NCBI GenBank assembly: GCA_963719255.1
Contig: CAVRBN010000071.1
Coordinates: 41,669-105,668, forward strand
Source of the DNA: an uncultured Actinomycetota bacterium
GTDB taxonomy: Bacteria > Actinomycetota > Actinomycetes > Propionibacteriales > Nocardioidaceae
Direction: 5' to 3'
Length of the DNA stretch: 64,000 bases
Position 1 is the first letter of the stretch. Every line of letters starts with the position of its first letter. This document shows positions 31,893-41,023 of the stretch, piece by piece. Below the pieces are notes generated by a model. The model saw only the letters and a list, made by a program, of their open reading frames with translations. It was not told the DNA's origin and did not search any database. The translations under genes and the position numbers were made by a program.

Positions 31893-32702
31893 TCAAAGTC
31901 CTGCGCGCGCGAGGATCCCGTTCGCCCGGGCCACCACGGGCGCATCGACCATGGCCCCATCCACCACCGACACGGCGCCACTTCTGGCGGCGGTCACCAC
32001 GCGGTTCGCCCAGCTGATCTGCTGCTCGGTCGGCCGGAGCGCCTCATGGATGACCGCGACCTGGCTCGGATGGATGCACAGCTTGCCGCCGAATCCCAGC
32101 TCCCGTGCCCAGCGGGTGTCGGACTCCAGGAGCGCCGAGTCGCCGAGGACGGTCGTGACCCCGTCGACGGGCGACGGCAGCCCGGCGGCCGCGCTCGCCA
32201 TCACCATGCGCCCACGGGCGTAGTCGAGGGCGCTGCGGCTCGCAGGGTCGACTCCCAGCTCTGTTGCGAGATCGATGGTGCCCAGCGCCAGCCGCGACAC
32301 CCCGGACGCCGCTATCGCGTCGACGTCGGTCACCCCTCGCGCCGTCTCGACGAGCGCGATGAGTCGTCCGCTGACCTGCCGTGCGAGCGTCGCCAGTGCC
32401 AACGCATCTTCGGCCTTCGGCACCATCAGCTCGCATGGCAAGTCCCTCAGCGCGGCGATCTCCCCCTCGTGCCAGGTCGTTCCTGCCCCGTTGATCCTGA
32501 CAGCGGCTCGGCCCCCGCCCGCAACCCAGGCCACAACATGGGCGAGGGCATCGCTCTTGCGTTCTGGCTCGACCGCGTCCTCCAGGTCGAGGACGACCAG
32601 GTCTGCCCCCGACCCCGCGGCCTTGTCGAAGCGGTCGGGGCGGCTGCCCGGCACGAACAGCAGGGACCTGGCTCGGCTGACCCTGGAGTCGTCGGGCTCC
32701 AC
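31893..32702 (-). CDS. CitE/HpcH-family CoA-ester lyase
   Basis: RSLLFVPG, DLEDAV, VRIN, PKAE, ETARG, GKLCIHPSQ. Confidence 0.9.
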   Translation of the reverse strand: MEPDDSRVSRARSLLFVPGSRPDRFDKAAGSGADLVVLDLEDAVEPERKSDALAHVVAWVAGGGRAAVRINGAGTTWHEGEIAALRDLPCELMVPKAEDALALATLARQVSGRLIALVETARGVTDVDAIAASGVSRLALGTIDLATELGVDPASRSALDYARGRMVMASAAAGLPSPVDGVTTVLGDSALLESDTRWARELGFGGKLCIHPSQVAVIHEALRPTEQQISWANRVVTAARSGAVSVVDGAMVDAPVVARANGILARAGL

Positions 32703-33704
32703 TAGGCCATCACCGCCGAGAGCCGCCAGTCCAGAACCCCGGATGGCGGACGGTCACCTGTTCCGCGCGCCGACACCTCCACCCTGAGCTGCACCAGCCC
32801 ACCGCCGTCTCGCAGTGGCTCCAGGGCCTCGACCGAGACCGCTGAGGTCAACAGGTCCCCTTCTCGCACAGGACCCAGATGGTCACAGCTGTGCCAGCCG
32901 ACAACCGTCACCAGGTTTGGGAGGGCACGAGTCAGCTGGTGCAGGGCGAGCCCGATCGTGTGCCCGCCGTACACGAGTCGGGACCCGCCGCCCGGCTGCG
33001 GCGTCGTGATGAACGGCGGCCAGGTTGCCGGTCAGGCGGGCCAGTTCCGGACCGCTCGAGACCAGGTCTGCGCCTGACACCTCCCAGGAGAGGTCGGTCG
33101 TCAGGTCGTCGAAGTGACGGCCGGCGAACCGTTCACGAACGAGGTCGAGGCGCCAACCCTCGACAGCCTCTCCCAGTTGCCGGGCGTCGGTGGCGGACCC
33201 GACCGAGGCGACGTCGTCAGCCGCTGTCGTCGGACCGGCACCCGGGGACAGCGGAAGCATCGCGCAGCGGACGTAGTCCAGGACGGGACGCCCGTCCTGG
33301 TCGGCCGTCTCGATCTGCAGCACCGCGAGGCCACTGGGTGGCCGGTCCGGTCGCAATGCATTCTGCTTGAGGGCGCGGACGGTGGTCTTCGTGCGGAGCG
33401 TGTCACCCAGGCGCGGGAAGCGCCTGAATCCCAGCCCGCGATAGAACAGGTTGGCCATCACGTGCTGCGTGAAACCCGTCGACTGACCGATCGACACATC
33501 CCACACCAGCGCCGGCGGCGCAAGGGATCCCCCGGTGACGGCGGTGGCGAGTCGCGCGTCGAGCACGAGCTTGAGCCGAGAGCCGACGATCGAGTGGTGA
33601 GTCGCCTGCATCCCGCTGGTCAGCGTCACAGCAGGTGCGTCGTCGAGCACCGCGCCTACCTCGAGCTCGTCGAAGTACGGCCCACGGATCGGCAGTTGCT
33701 CCAT
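32702..33704 (-). CDS. Double hot-dog (MaoC) hydratase, mesaconyl-C1-CoA hydratase (Mch)-like; frameshift near 32990
   Basis: GPYFDEL, ANLFY..PRLGDTL..LKQN, VLDYVR, HHD..YGGHTI..H..PVREGD. Confidence 0.75.
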
Positions 33705-34912
33705 CAGGACCGCACTCGGTACTCATCGAGGAGTCGGCGGCCGATGATCAGCTTCTGAATGTCACTGGTCCCCTCGCCGATCAACATGAAGGCAGCCTCG
33801 CGGTAAAGCCGCTCGATCTCGTACTCCTTGGAATAGCCGTAGCCACCGTGGATCCGGAACGAGTCCTGCACGACCTCGTTGCAATACTCCGAGGCAAGCA
33901 GCTTCGCCATCCCCGCTTCCACGTCGTTGCGTTCACCGCCGTCCTTGACCCGCGCCGCCCTGACCATCATGGCGTGCGCAGCCTCGACCTTGGTGGCCAT
34001 CTCAGCCAGCCGGAAGAGGATCGCCTGATGCTCGCTGATCGGCCGACCGAAGGTCTCGCGCTGCTGCGCGTAGGCGATGCCCAGCTCGAACGCGCGAAGC
34101 GCGATCCCACAGGCTCGGGCCGCGACGTTCACCCGGCCGACCTCGAGCCCGTCCATCATCTGGTAGAACCCGCGTCCCGGCCTCCCGCCCAGGAGCTGGC
34201 CCGTCCCGATCCGGTGACCCTCGAAGATCGCCTCGGTGGTGTCGACGCCCTTGTAGCCCATCTTGTCGATCTTTCCCGGGATCGTGATGCCCTGGCCCAC
34301 GAGGCCGAAACCCGGTTCCTTCTCGACCAGGAACGTCGACATGTTCTTGTACGGGCTCTCAGCGCCCTCTTCCGTCTTGGTCAGCACTGCGATGAGAGTG
34401 GACGTACCGCCGTTGGTCAGCCACATCTTCTGACCGGTGATCTTGTACCCCGCCTCGTCACCCTCGCCCGTGCGCGTCGCCTTGGTCGTGATCGCCGACA
34501 CGTCCGAACCCATCCCCGGCTCCGAGATCGAGAATGCGCCCCGCACCTCCCCAGTGGCCATCCGGGGGAGGTAGCGACGCTTCTGCTCGTCGGTGCCGTA
34601 CTGCATCAGCAGGTGGGCCACGATGAAGTGGGTGTTGATGACGCCGGACACGCTCATCCACCCGCGAGCGATCTCCTCCACGCACAGCGCGTAGGTGAGC
34701 AGCGACTCTCCCAGCCCGTCGTACTCCTCGGGGATCATCAGACCGAATATGCCCAGGTCTCTGAGCCCTTGCACGATCGCTTCCGGGTACTCGTCGGCGT
34801 GCTCAAGCTCGGTGGCGACCGGGATGATCCGCTCCTCCACGAAAAGACGGACCGCTTTGAGGATCTCGGTCTGGTCCTCGGTTAGCCCAGTGGTCTGGCA
34901 CAGATAGGACAT
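33704..34912 (-). CDS. Acyl-CoA dehydrogenase
   Basis: SEPGMGSD, GQKMWLTNG, RETFG, IHGGYGY, IGEGTSDIQK. Confidence 0.93.
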   Translation of the reverse strand: MSYLCQTTGLTEDQTEILKAVRLFVEERIIPVATELEHADEYPEAIVQGLRDLGIFGLMIPEEYDGLGESLLTYALCVEEIARGWMSVSGVINTHFIVAHLLMQYGTDEQKRRYLPRMATGEVRGAFSISEPGMGSDVSAITTKATRTGEGDEAGYKITGQKMWLTNGGTSTLIAVLTKTEEGAESPYKNMSTFLVEKEPGFGLVGQGITIPGKIDKMGYKGVDTTEAIFEGHRIGTGQLLGGRPGRGFYQMMDGLEVGRVNVAARACGIALRAFELGIAYAQQRETFGRPISEHQAILFRLAEMATKVEAAHAMMVRAARVKDGGERNDVEAGMAKLLASEYCNEVVQDSFRIHGGYGYSKEYEIERLYREAAFMLIGEGTSDIQKLIIGRRLLDEYRVRS

Positions 34913-35016
34913 GCGCCCTCCTTCGGTTGTGTGACGAGTCGTCCGCCGGCAGCCATCGATCCATGGATCCGATCGACCCGCCCACCGATGCCAAGACGTG
35001 GACTACTACAAGTAAC

Positions 35017-35044
35017 AATCTGACAGAACGTCTACCATCTGACA
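35017..35044. promoter_or_regulatory. Putative operator pair (AATCTGACA, CATCTGACA; 19-bp offset); further box TGTACGACA at 35223
   Basis: In the divergent region between the acyl-CoA dehydrogenase and the GntR gene. Confidence 0.55.
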
Positions 35045-35315
35045 GTTGGCTAGGCAAGCACTCGCAACAGAGGTCGACGCCGTCAGATCGCACGCAGCGA
35101 GACGGCCGCACGTCCGCCCGGGCGTGCCCCGTCCCCAACCACCTCAACGCGTTCCGCGCCCTTGTGCCCGCAATTGAGCACCCTCGCTGGTAGTCTGAAT
35201 CTGTAAATGACAGCGAAGTCCGTGTACGACATTTTCCGATCAGGCAGATACTGCTTCACCTGCTGATCACGACACGGTGGCATCAGTTGGCCACGATAAA
35301 TGCGAGAGGCGTCGA

Positions 35316-36050
35316 ATGACCAGTCAGACACCCCCGAAGTTTCGCGCCCAGGTGGTCACCCGTCCCCGAGACCAGGTGGAGCAGCAGATCCGCGAAGCCA
35401 TCCTGGGAGGTACGTTCGCGCAGGGTGAGAAGCTGCCGCCGGAGACGGCACTGGCTTCTCAGTTCGGCGTCAGTCGGCCGACCATCCGAGAAGCCCTCGG
35501 AGCCCTGGTCAGCGCCGGATTGATCCGGAAGATCCCAGGAGTGGCCGGCGGGAGCTTCGTCAACACAGTGACCCCTGGCTCACTGAGTCGGATGCTCAGC
35601 GAGTCCATGGACACCATTCTGCGGCTCGGGGCGCTCGACGTGGCCGAGCTGACATCGGTGCGCGGAGTGCTGGAGGTCCCCGCTGCCGAATGGGCGGCCA
35701 AGAACCGCCAACAGTCGGACCTCGACGAGATGCACTCGATCGTGCAGCGCCAGCGCGAGACGACGATCGACGACCCCGACATCCCTTCCTACGACCTTGC
35801 GTTCCACACGACGATCGGACGCGCCTCAGGCAATCGCCTTCTCGCGGCCTTCATCTCCGCAGTCCACGACTCCACCCACCCCGCGCAGTACCTCAAGGTC
35901 ACCGCCGAGGTCGGGCATCACACAGTCAAACAGCACATCGAGATCCTCGCCGCCATCGAGGCGGGAGACGCTGAAGCGGCTCGAGGAGCCATGGCCTCTC
36001 ACCTGGACTACGTTCTCCAGTACTCCAGCGGTGAGGTGCACGCCGACTGA
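35316..36050 (+). CDS. FadR/GntR family regulator (HTH + FCD), copy 1
   Basis: GEKLPPETALASQFGVSRPTIREAL, DLAFH, SGNRLL, H..I..AI. Confidence 0.93.
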   Translation: MTSQTPPKFRAQVVTRPRDQVEQQIREAILGGTFAQGEKLPPETALASQFGVSRPTIREALGALVSAGLIRKIPGVAGGSFVNTVTPGSLSRMLSESMDTILRLGALDVAELTSVRGVLEVPAAEWAAKNRQQSDLDEMHSIVQRQRETTIDDPDIPSYDLAFHTTIGRASGNRLLAAFISAVHDSTHPAQYLKVTAEVGHHTVKQHIEILAAIEAGDAEAARGAMASHLDYVLQYSSGEVHAD

Positions 36051-36073
36051 GCTTCACTTGACTGATCTGCAAG

Positions 36074-36084
36074 ATGTCAGACAT
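36074..36084. promoter_or_regulatory. Palindromic operator ATGTCAGACAT
   Basis: Perfect 5+1+5 palindrome about 10 bp upstream of the SDR start. Confidence 0.65.
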
Positions 36085-36093
36085 ATTACCCTC

Positions 36094-36837
36094 ATGTCTA
36101 GCAAGGTTGCAGTCGTGACAGGTGCAGGTCGCGGCCTGGGAGAAGCCATCGCTCGCGACATCGCGAAGGCGGGAGTCCGGGTGGTGCTCGCAGGTCGCAC
36201 GGTCGACTACCTTGAAACAGTCCAGCAGCTCATCGAGGCTGATGGGGGCAGCGCGATCGTCAAGGCTACGGACGTCACGGATGCCCAATCGGTCGCCGAC
36301 CTCTTCGACGGTGCAGTCGACGCCTTCGGACAAGTCGACGTACTCATCAACAACGCGGGAATCACGACCCAGGTGAACCTGGTGGACCTCGAAGAGTCCG
36401 AGTGGGACCGCATCTTCAACACCAACGTGCGAGGCATGTTCCTCTGCAGCCGCGAGGCCGGTCGACGCTTCACCGAAGCGGGGTCGGGTAGGGCGGTGAA
36501 CGTGGCGTCGGTGTTCGGACTGGTGGGTCGACCGGGCTTCTCGGCGTACTGCGCTTCCAAGGGTGCCGTCATCAACTTCACCCGGTCGGTGGCCGCGGAA
36601 TGGGCGCGGTTCGGTGCCCAGATGAACGCCGTTGCGCCCGGCTACTTCGCCACTGACATCAATGCCGAGCTACGCGAGGACAAGGCCGCGATGGCGAAGG
36701 TCGTGCGTCGCATCCCCGCGTACCGGATGGGCACCCCAGACGAGCTGGCCAACCTCGTGAGCTATCTGGCTCTCCAGGCGCCCGACTTCCTCACCGGACA
36801 AACCATCGCCATCGACGGTGGAGAATCGAGCGTCTGA
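36094..36837 (+). CDS. Classical SDR oxidoreductase
   Basis: TGAGRGLG, NNAG, YCASK, APGYF. Confidence 0.9.
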   Translation: MSSKVAVVTGAGRGLGEAIARDIAKAGVRVVLAGRTVDYLETVQQLIEADGGSAIVKATDVTDAQSVADLFDGAVDAFGQVDVLINNAGITTQVNLVDLEESEWDRIFNTNVRGMFLCSREAGRRFTEAGSGRAVNVASVFGLVGRPGFSAYCASKGAVINFTRSVAAEWARFGAQMNAVAPGYFATDINAELREDKAAMAKVVRRIPAYRMGTPDELANLVSYLALQAPDFLTGQTIAIDGGESSV

Positions 36838-36855
36838 GAAATGGGAATGCAGGAG

Positions 36856-38067
36856 ATGACAGAGACGGTCATCTGCGAACCAGTGCGGACGCCGGTCGGG
36901 CGCTACGGAGGCAGCTTCAAGGACGTACCCGTGACGACCTTGGCATCGACGGTCGTGAGGGGGCTCGTGGACCGCACGAACCTCACCGCCGAGGCCATCG
37001 ACGACGTGATCTTCGGGCAGGGGTACGCCAACGGCGAAGCCGCGGCGATCGGCCGGATCGCCGTGCTCGACGCGGGGCTCGACGTCAGTGTGCCGGGCCT
37101 GCAGATCGACAGACGCTGCGGCTCTGGTCTGCAGGCGGTCCTGTACGCCTGCATGCAGGTCGCGACAGGTGGTTCGGATCTCGTGCTGGCCGGCGGCGCC
37201 GAGAGCATGAGTCAGACCGAGTACTACGTGCCGAACATGCGCTGGAACGCCGGCGGCACACCGTCGATGCGCGACCGGCTCGCGCAGCCGCGCACGAATT
37301 CCGGCGGGTGGCGACACCCCGTAGCCGGCGGGATGATCGAGACGGCCGAGAACGTCGGCCGCGAGTACGGCGTGACACGCCGCGAGCAGGACGAGTGGGC
37401 TGCTCGCTCACACGCCCGGGCCATCGCTGCCATCGAGGCGGGCCTGTTCGACGACGAGATCATCGGGGTGTCGGTGCCCCAGCGCAAGGGCGATCCGCTC
37501 CTGGTCTCCCGTGACGAACATCCACGTCCCGACACGACGGTAGAGAGCTTGGCCCGGCTCAAGCCGATCATGGGCAAGACCCTCGAGGATGCGACCGTGA
37601 CCGCCGGCAACTCCAGCGGTCAGAACGACGCCGCGGCCGTCGCCATCGTGGCCACACGTGCCAAGGCCGAAGAACTCGGGCTTCGTCCACTCGCGCGGCT
37701 GGTCAGCTGGTCGCTTGCCGGCGTCGAGCCCAGCCGCATGGGCATCGGTCCGGTCCCAGCGGCCGAGCGGGCCCTCAGACGAGCTGGGCTGTCATGGGCG
37801 GATCTCGACCTGATCGAGCTCAACGAGGCCTTCGCCGCTCAGGTGCTGGCCTGCTTCCGTGCCTGGGAGTTCTCCGAAAGTGACCTGGAGCGGGTCAACG
37901 TCAACGGTTCGGGAATCTCTCTCGGCCACCCCATCGGCGCGACCGGCGGCCGCATCCTGGCCAACCTCCTGCGTGAGATGGATCGCCGAGAGGCGCGATT
38001 CGGCATGGAGACGATGTGCATCGGCGGCGGGCAGGGCCTCGCTGCGATCTTCGAGCGGGTGGCTTGA
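36856..38067 (+). CDS. Acetyl-CoA C-acyltransferase (thiolase)
   Basis: RTPVG, DRRCGSG, NEAFA, GHPIGATG, MCIGGGQG. Confidence 0.95.
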   Translation: MTETVICEPVRTPVGRYGGSFKDVPVTTLASTVVRGLVDRTNLTAEAIDDVIFGQGYANGEAAAIGRIAVLDAGLDVSVPGLQIDRRCGSGLQAVLYACMQVATGGSDLVLAGGAESMSQTEYYVPNMRWNAGGTPSMRDRLAQPRTNSGGWRHPVAGGMIETAENVGREYGVTRREQDEWAARSHARAIAAIEAGLFDDEIIGVSVPQRKGDPLLVSRDEHPRPDTTVESLARLKPIMGKTLEDATVTAGNSSGQNDAAAVAIVATRAKAEELGLRPLARLVSWSLAGVEPSRMGIGPVPAAERALRRAGLSWADLDLIELNEAFAAQVLACFRAWEFSESDLERVNVNGSGISLGHPIGATGGRILANLLREMDRREARFGMETMCIGGGQGLAAIFERVA

Positions 38068-38068
38068 C

Positions 38069-38902
38069 ATGCCGAAGATCCTCTACCTGAGCATGTCGCG
38101 CGAGGAGTACTCGCCGAACTACTTCCCGTTCCTGCGTTCGTACATCGACCGCGTCAAGTCGTCGGACACCGAGGTCGATCTGCGTGGCACGCGGGTCGGT
38201 CGGATCGACAGCTTCAGGTTCTTCGAGACCTTGGACTGGATCTCGATCCTCGACTCGGTCGTCGGTGCCGAGCAGGACGGGTACGACGCCGTCGCGATCG
38301 GCAACATCCTCGACCCGGCGCTGCGTGAAGCCCGGTCGATGGTCGACATCCCGGTGCTCGGCCTGGGCGAAACCTCGATGCTCACCTCCTGCATGATGGG
38401 CAGCACCTTCTCCCTCATCGGTGTGAACCCCTACTTCGGCGGCCGGTTCGAGGAGAACGTCACCAAGTACGGCCTGCGAGACAGGTTGGCGAGCATCGAG
38501 AGCATGGGCCTCACGCCGCACGAGCTGGACGCCTGCTTCTCCGACGAGTCCGGTCGCGGCAGGGCGATCGAGTCGTTCACCGCGGCTGCTCGGGCCTCCC
38601 TGGACAAGGGCGCCGAGGTCGTCATCCCGGCCGGTGGCCGGCTCACGGCCTTCCTGAACGCGGTGGGTCTGCGAGAGGTCGACGGAGCACCACTGCTGGA
38701 TGGCACGGTCTCACTCCTCGCTGCCACCGAAGCGGCGATTCGAGTCCGCCAGCACTCGGGGTCCTTCGTCAGCCGTCGTCGGCTGTACGCCAGAGCGCCC
38801 GACTCCTCTATCGCGCAGGCGGGGATCGAGTACGCCGACGGCTACCACCTGCCCGCGCTTCGCCGCCTCGCCTCCGATCCCGCACACGACGACAGGACAT
38901 GA
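38069..38902 (+). CDS. Asp/Glu/hydantoin racemase family protein (copy 2)
   Basis: AEQDGYDAVAIGNILDPALREARSMVDIPVLG, GAEVVIPAGG, LREVDG. Confidence 0.82.
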   Translation: MPKILYLSMSREEYSPNYFPFLRSYIDRVKSSDTEVDLRGTRVGRIDSFRFFETLDWISILDSVVGAEQDGYDAVAIGNILDPALREARSMVDIPVLGLGETSMLTSCMMGSTFSLIGVNPYFGGRFEENVTKYGLRDRLASIESMGLTPHELDACFSDESGRGRAIESFTAAARASLDKGAEVVIPAGGRLTAFLNAVGLREVDGAPLLDGTVSLLAATEAAIRVRQHSGSFVSRRRLYARAPDSSIAQAGIEYADGYHLPALRRLASDPAHDDRT

Positions 38903-38906
38903 CCCC

Positions 38907-39245
38907 ATGAGCTTCGACTATCCATTGAGCAAGCAGGACTCGTTCGTGTCGAACCTTGACCGTTTGCGGGAGACTGCGCCCGACGTCGCGACCGCCTTCC
39001 GCGGGCTGCGAGTGGCCGCCGACACGTTCGGCCCTCTCGACGCCAAGCAGCGCGAGCTCACGTTGCTCACCGGCTTCGCCGCCACCCACAACGAAGGTGG
39101 CTTCCGTGTCCACTGCACGCGCGCGATCGAGGCGGGGGCCTCGGTGGCGGAGATCGAGCAGGTCGTCATCCTGCTCCTCGGAACGACCCTCGGGCTGGCC
39201 CCTGCGGTCGAGGCGCTGGCCTGGGCACATGACGAGCTCGCGTAA
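38907..39245 (+). CDS. Carboxymuconolactone decarboxylase (CMD/AhpD)-like protein, no CxxC
   Basis: GPLDAKQREL, H..RA..AGAS..EI. Confidence 0.8.
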   Translation: MSFDYPLSKQDSFVSNLDRLRETAPDVATAFRGLRVAADTFGPLDAKQRELTLLTGFAATHNEGGFRVHCTRAIEAGASVAEIEQVVILLLGTTLGLAPAVEALAWAHDELA

Positions 39246-39411
39246 CCGAACCTGTCCACCTAAGCATGGTCAGACAATAATCGCACTGGTAATGTTCGCT
39301 CAGCACAGCGCAGTTCTGCGCCCGGTTCCAAACGAACGTCATACGGCACCAAGAACCCGTTCAACGCCACGCGCCTGAGCGGCCACTGCAGCTCAACGAC
39401 AGGAAGACCCC

Positions 39412-40167
39412 ATGACTGAAGCCAAGCCAGACGAACTGGGTACCGCCGTGGTGGTTGGCGCCGGCTCAGGTATCGGCCGCGCGGTCGTCGAGCTGTTCGC
39501 CGGCCGCGGCATCCGCACGGTCGCCGCCGACCTGGACCCGGCATCGGTCAAGGATCTCGCGTCCGAGCACGACAACGTGCTCACGCTGGGAACCGAGGGC
39601 TGGGACGCCACCGACCCTTCTGCTTGTCACCGCCTCCTGAGCGAAGCGGCCAACTCGCTCGGCACGGTGGACCGTTTCGTCTCGACTGTCGGCTGGACGG
39701 CGATCACCCCGTTCCTCGACGAGTCGCCCGACTACTGGCGGCGCATCATCGAGGTCAACCTGATGTCGAGCATCTACCTGTCTGCGGCGGCCGGGAACGT
39801 GATGCGCGAGCACGGCGGCACCATCGTGCTCACCAGTTCGGAGGCCGGCCTCGTCGGCACGTCCGGCGAGACGGTCTACTCCGCAGCCAAGGGTGGCGTG
39901 ATCGCGCTCGCCAAGTCCTTGGCGCGCGAGTGGGCGCGGCACGACATCCGCGTCAATGTGGTAGCCCCAGGGGTGACGCAGACGCCACTGCTGGAGAGCC
40001 AGGGCGGGGACGCTCTCCTGTCCAAGATCGTGCGGGGCATCCCGATGCGTCGCGCTGGCAGCCCGAGCGAGATCGCAGCAGCCATCGACTTCCTGTCGTC
40101 CGACGCCGCCAGCTATGTCACCGGCCAGACGTTGTGCGTCGGCGGCGGACTCACCATGAGCTCCTGA
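39412..40167 (+). CDS. SDR, BadH-like (2-hydroxycyclohexanecarboxyl-CoA dehydrogenase-type)
   Basis: GW..TPF..W.RII.VNL, SEAGLVGTSGETVYSAAKGG, LAREWARH; operator-like GGTCAGACA at 39268. Confidence 0.75.
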   Translation: MTEAKPDELGTAVVVGAGSGIGRAVVELFAGRGIRTVAADLDPASVKDLASEHDNVLTLGTEGWDATDPSACHRLLSEAANSLGTVDRFVSTVGWTAITPFLDESPDYWRRIIEVNLMSSIYLSAAAGNVMREHGGTIVLTSSEAGLVGTSGETVYSAAKGGVIALAKSLAREWARHDIRVNVVAPGVTQTPLLESQGGDALLSKIVRGIPMRRAGSPSEIAAAIDFLSSDAASYVTGQTLCVGGGLTMSS

Positions 40168-40235
40168 CCGGAGCTCGCAGGCATCCGACGTACACGACCC
40201 TGAGCCGACCACCGAACTCGAGAAAGCTGAGCACC

Positions 40236-41021
40236 GTGAGCAGTGACATGAAGGACAAGCGCATCATCATCACGGGCGGGTCCCGTGGCATGGGCAAGTG
40301 TCTCGCCCTCAAGCTCGGTGCCCAACAGGCCAAGGTGGTGGTGAACTACCGCCGGGACCAGGAGGCTGCCACACAGACAGTCGCCGAAATCGAGGCTTCC
40401 GGTGGCACCGCGCTGGCGGTCCAGGCCGATGTCGCGGAGACCGAGTCCGTCGAGTCGCTGCTGCAGCAGGCCGTCGACCGCTTCGGCGGCGTCGACGTGG
40501 TCGTGGCGAACGCGGCTGCCAGTGCCTTCAAGCCGCTCTCGCAGATTCACGGACGCCATGTGGAGAAGACGATGAGCCTGACGGTCCAGGGCTTCCTCGA
40601 CCTCGTACGGCTGTCCACGCCGCACATGCCGAGCGGTGGTCGCGTCATGGCGGTGAGCGGCTGGGATAGTTTCCGGGCGCTGCCGGGCCACGGTCTGCTG
40701 GGCGCGGCAAAGGCGGCGATGGAGACGATCGTGAAGTACCTGGCGATCGAGCTGGCGGGCGAGGGCATCACGGCCGTCGGCGTGTGCCCCGGCCCGATCG
40801 ACACCGACTCGTTTCGCTACTACGCCGGTGACGCGTGGGACGACTACGCGAAGCAGTGGCTCGCTCAGACGCCGTCGGGTGCCTATCCCACCCCCGACGA
40901 GGTGGCCGACGTGATGGCGTACCTGGTCTCGCCTCAGGCACGGGCCATCAACGGTCAGACGATCGTGGTCGATGGAGGGCTCTCCCTCGCGACCATGCCG
41001 ATCGGCTTCGGCCAACACTGA
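40236..41021 (+). CDS. SDR, FabL-like enoyl-thioester reductase type
   Basis: TGGSRGMG, NYRR, NAAASAFKPL, AAKAAME, PGPIDTD. Confidence 0.8.
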   Translation: MSSDMKDKRIIITGGSRGMGKCLALKLGAQQAKVVVNYRRDQEAATQTVAEIEASGGTALAVQADVAETESVESLLQQAVDRFGGVDVVVANAAASAFKPLSQIHGRHVEKTMSLTVQGFLDLVRLSTPHMPSGGRVMAVSGWDSFRALPGHGLLGAAKAAMETIVKYLAIELAGEGITAVGVCPGPIDTDSFRYYAGDAWDDYAKQWLAQTPSGAYPTPDEVADVMAYLVSPQARAINGQTIVVDGGLSLATMPIGFGQH

Positions 41022-41023
41022 GT

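Noticed and set aside
34958-34969. Perfect palindrome GATCCATGGATC upstream of the acyl-CoA dehydrogenase
   Set aside because: Only one occurrence noticed, unrelated to the recurrent operator; may be chance.
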